NCBI RefSeq assembly: GCF_009914755.1
Contig: NC_060926.1
Source: the human T2T-CHM13v2.0 reference genome, Homo sapiens
DNA: 64,000 bases
Strand: one strand, 5' to 3'
The position numbers were made by a program, and so were the translations under genes. The notes under the pieces are model-generated. The model was not told the origin of the DNA. It did no database searches and saw only the letters and a program-made list of their open reading frames with translations. Below, in pieces: positions 63,452 to 64,000 of the stretch. The first letter of the stretch is position 1; each line of letters starts with the position of its first letter.

Positions 63452-64000
63452 TCCACCCACCTCAGCCTCCCAAAGTGCTGGGATTACAGGTGTGAGCCAC
63501 GGCACCCAGCCATGCTGGCTCTTGTCTTTAAAACTTCTCTGTGGCTGGGCAAGGTGGTTCACGCCTGTAATCCCAGCACTTTGGGAGGCCAAGGCCAGCA
63601 GATCACTTGAGGTCAGGAATTTGAAACGAGCCTGACCAGTATGGCAAAACCATCTCTACTAAAAATACAAAAATTAGCCAGGCATGGTGGTGTGCACCGG
63701 TAGTCCTAGCTACTTAGGAGCCTAAGGCAGGAGAATCACTTGAACCCAGGAGGTGGAGATTGCAATGAGCCGAGATCGCCCCACTGTCTGCACTCCAGCC
63801 TGGATGACAGAGTAAGACTCTGTCTCAAAAAAAAAAAAAAAAAAAAAAAAAAGCTCTGGGTGTTTTTGAAAGTATTCTCATTGCCAGGCAGGAACAGGGT
63901 GTTGCAGATCCATCCTGACATTTTTCCTGCCTCAAGACATGGATTCAACTGCTACTCAAGGAATCCTGTTTCCTTTTAGTGGAGTATTAAATATCTAGGT

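Noticed and set aside
63853-64000. HSPD1 3' end, expected nearby from synteny
   Set aside because: No HSP60 coding sequence is visible; it would lie beyond the window.

Overview
Primate genomic DNA, most likely human chr2q33.1 (inferred from recognised proteins and synteny, not from a database search). It holds the 5' end of SF3B1 on the minus strand (coding exons 1-4, CpG-island promoter near 14.7 kb). About 18.5 kb away and divergently oriented is the complete 5-exon COQ10B gene on the plus strand (238 aa, CDS 33209-53549), which also has an alternative first coding exon. The rest is very Alu-dense, with L1/L2/MIR fragments, hAT DNA-transposon relics, several LTRs (a TSD-bounded LTR12 about 2 kb upstream of COQ10B, plus MLT2-, MER68-, LTR33- and LTR10-like copies) and a U6 retropseudogene. 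Most ORFs in the supplied track are Alu or microsatellite artefacts. I see no evidence of a new multi-gene system. The best leads are small regulatory or structural features: a PAR-bZIP D-box duplicated by an Alu target-site duplication in COQ10B intron 1, a perfect 22-bp hairpin with a competing third arm, the sense LTR12 as a possible cryptic COQ10B promoter, cryptic 3' AGs of the kind used by mutant SF3B1, and two unassigned inserted segments. Repeat subfamily names and repeat boundaries come from visual comparison with remembered consensus sequences and are approximate.
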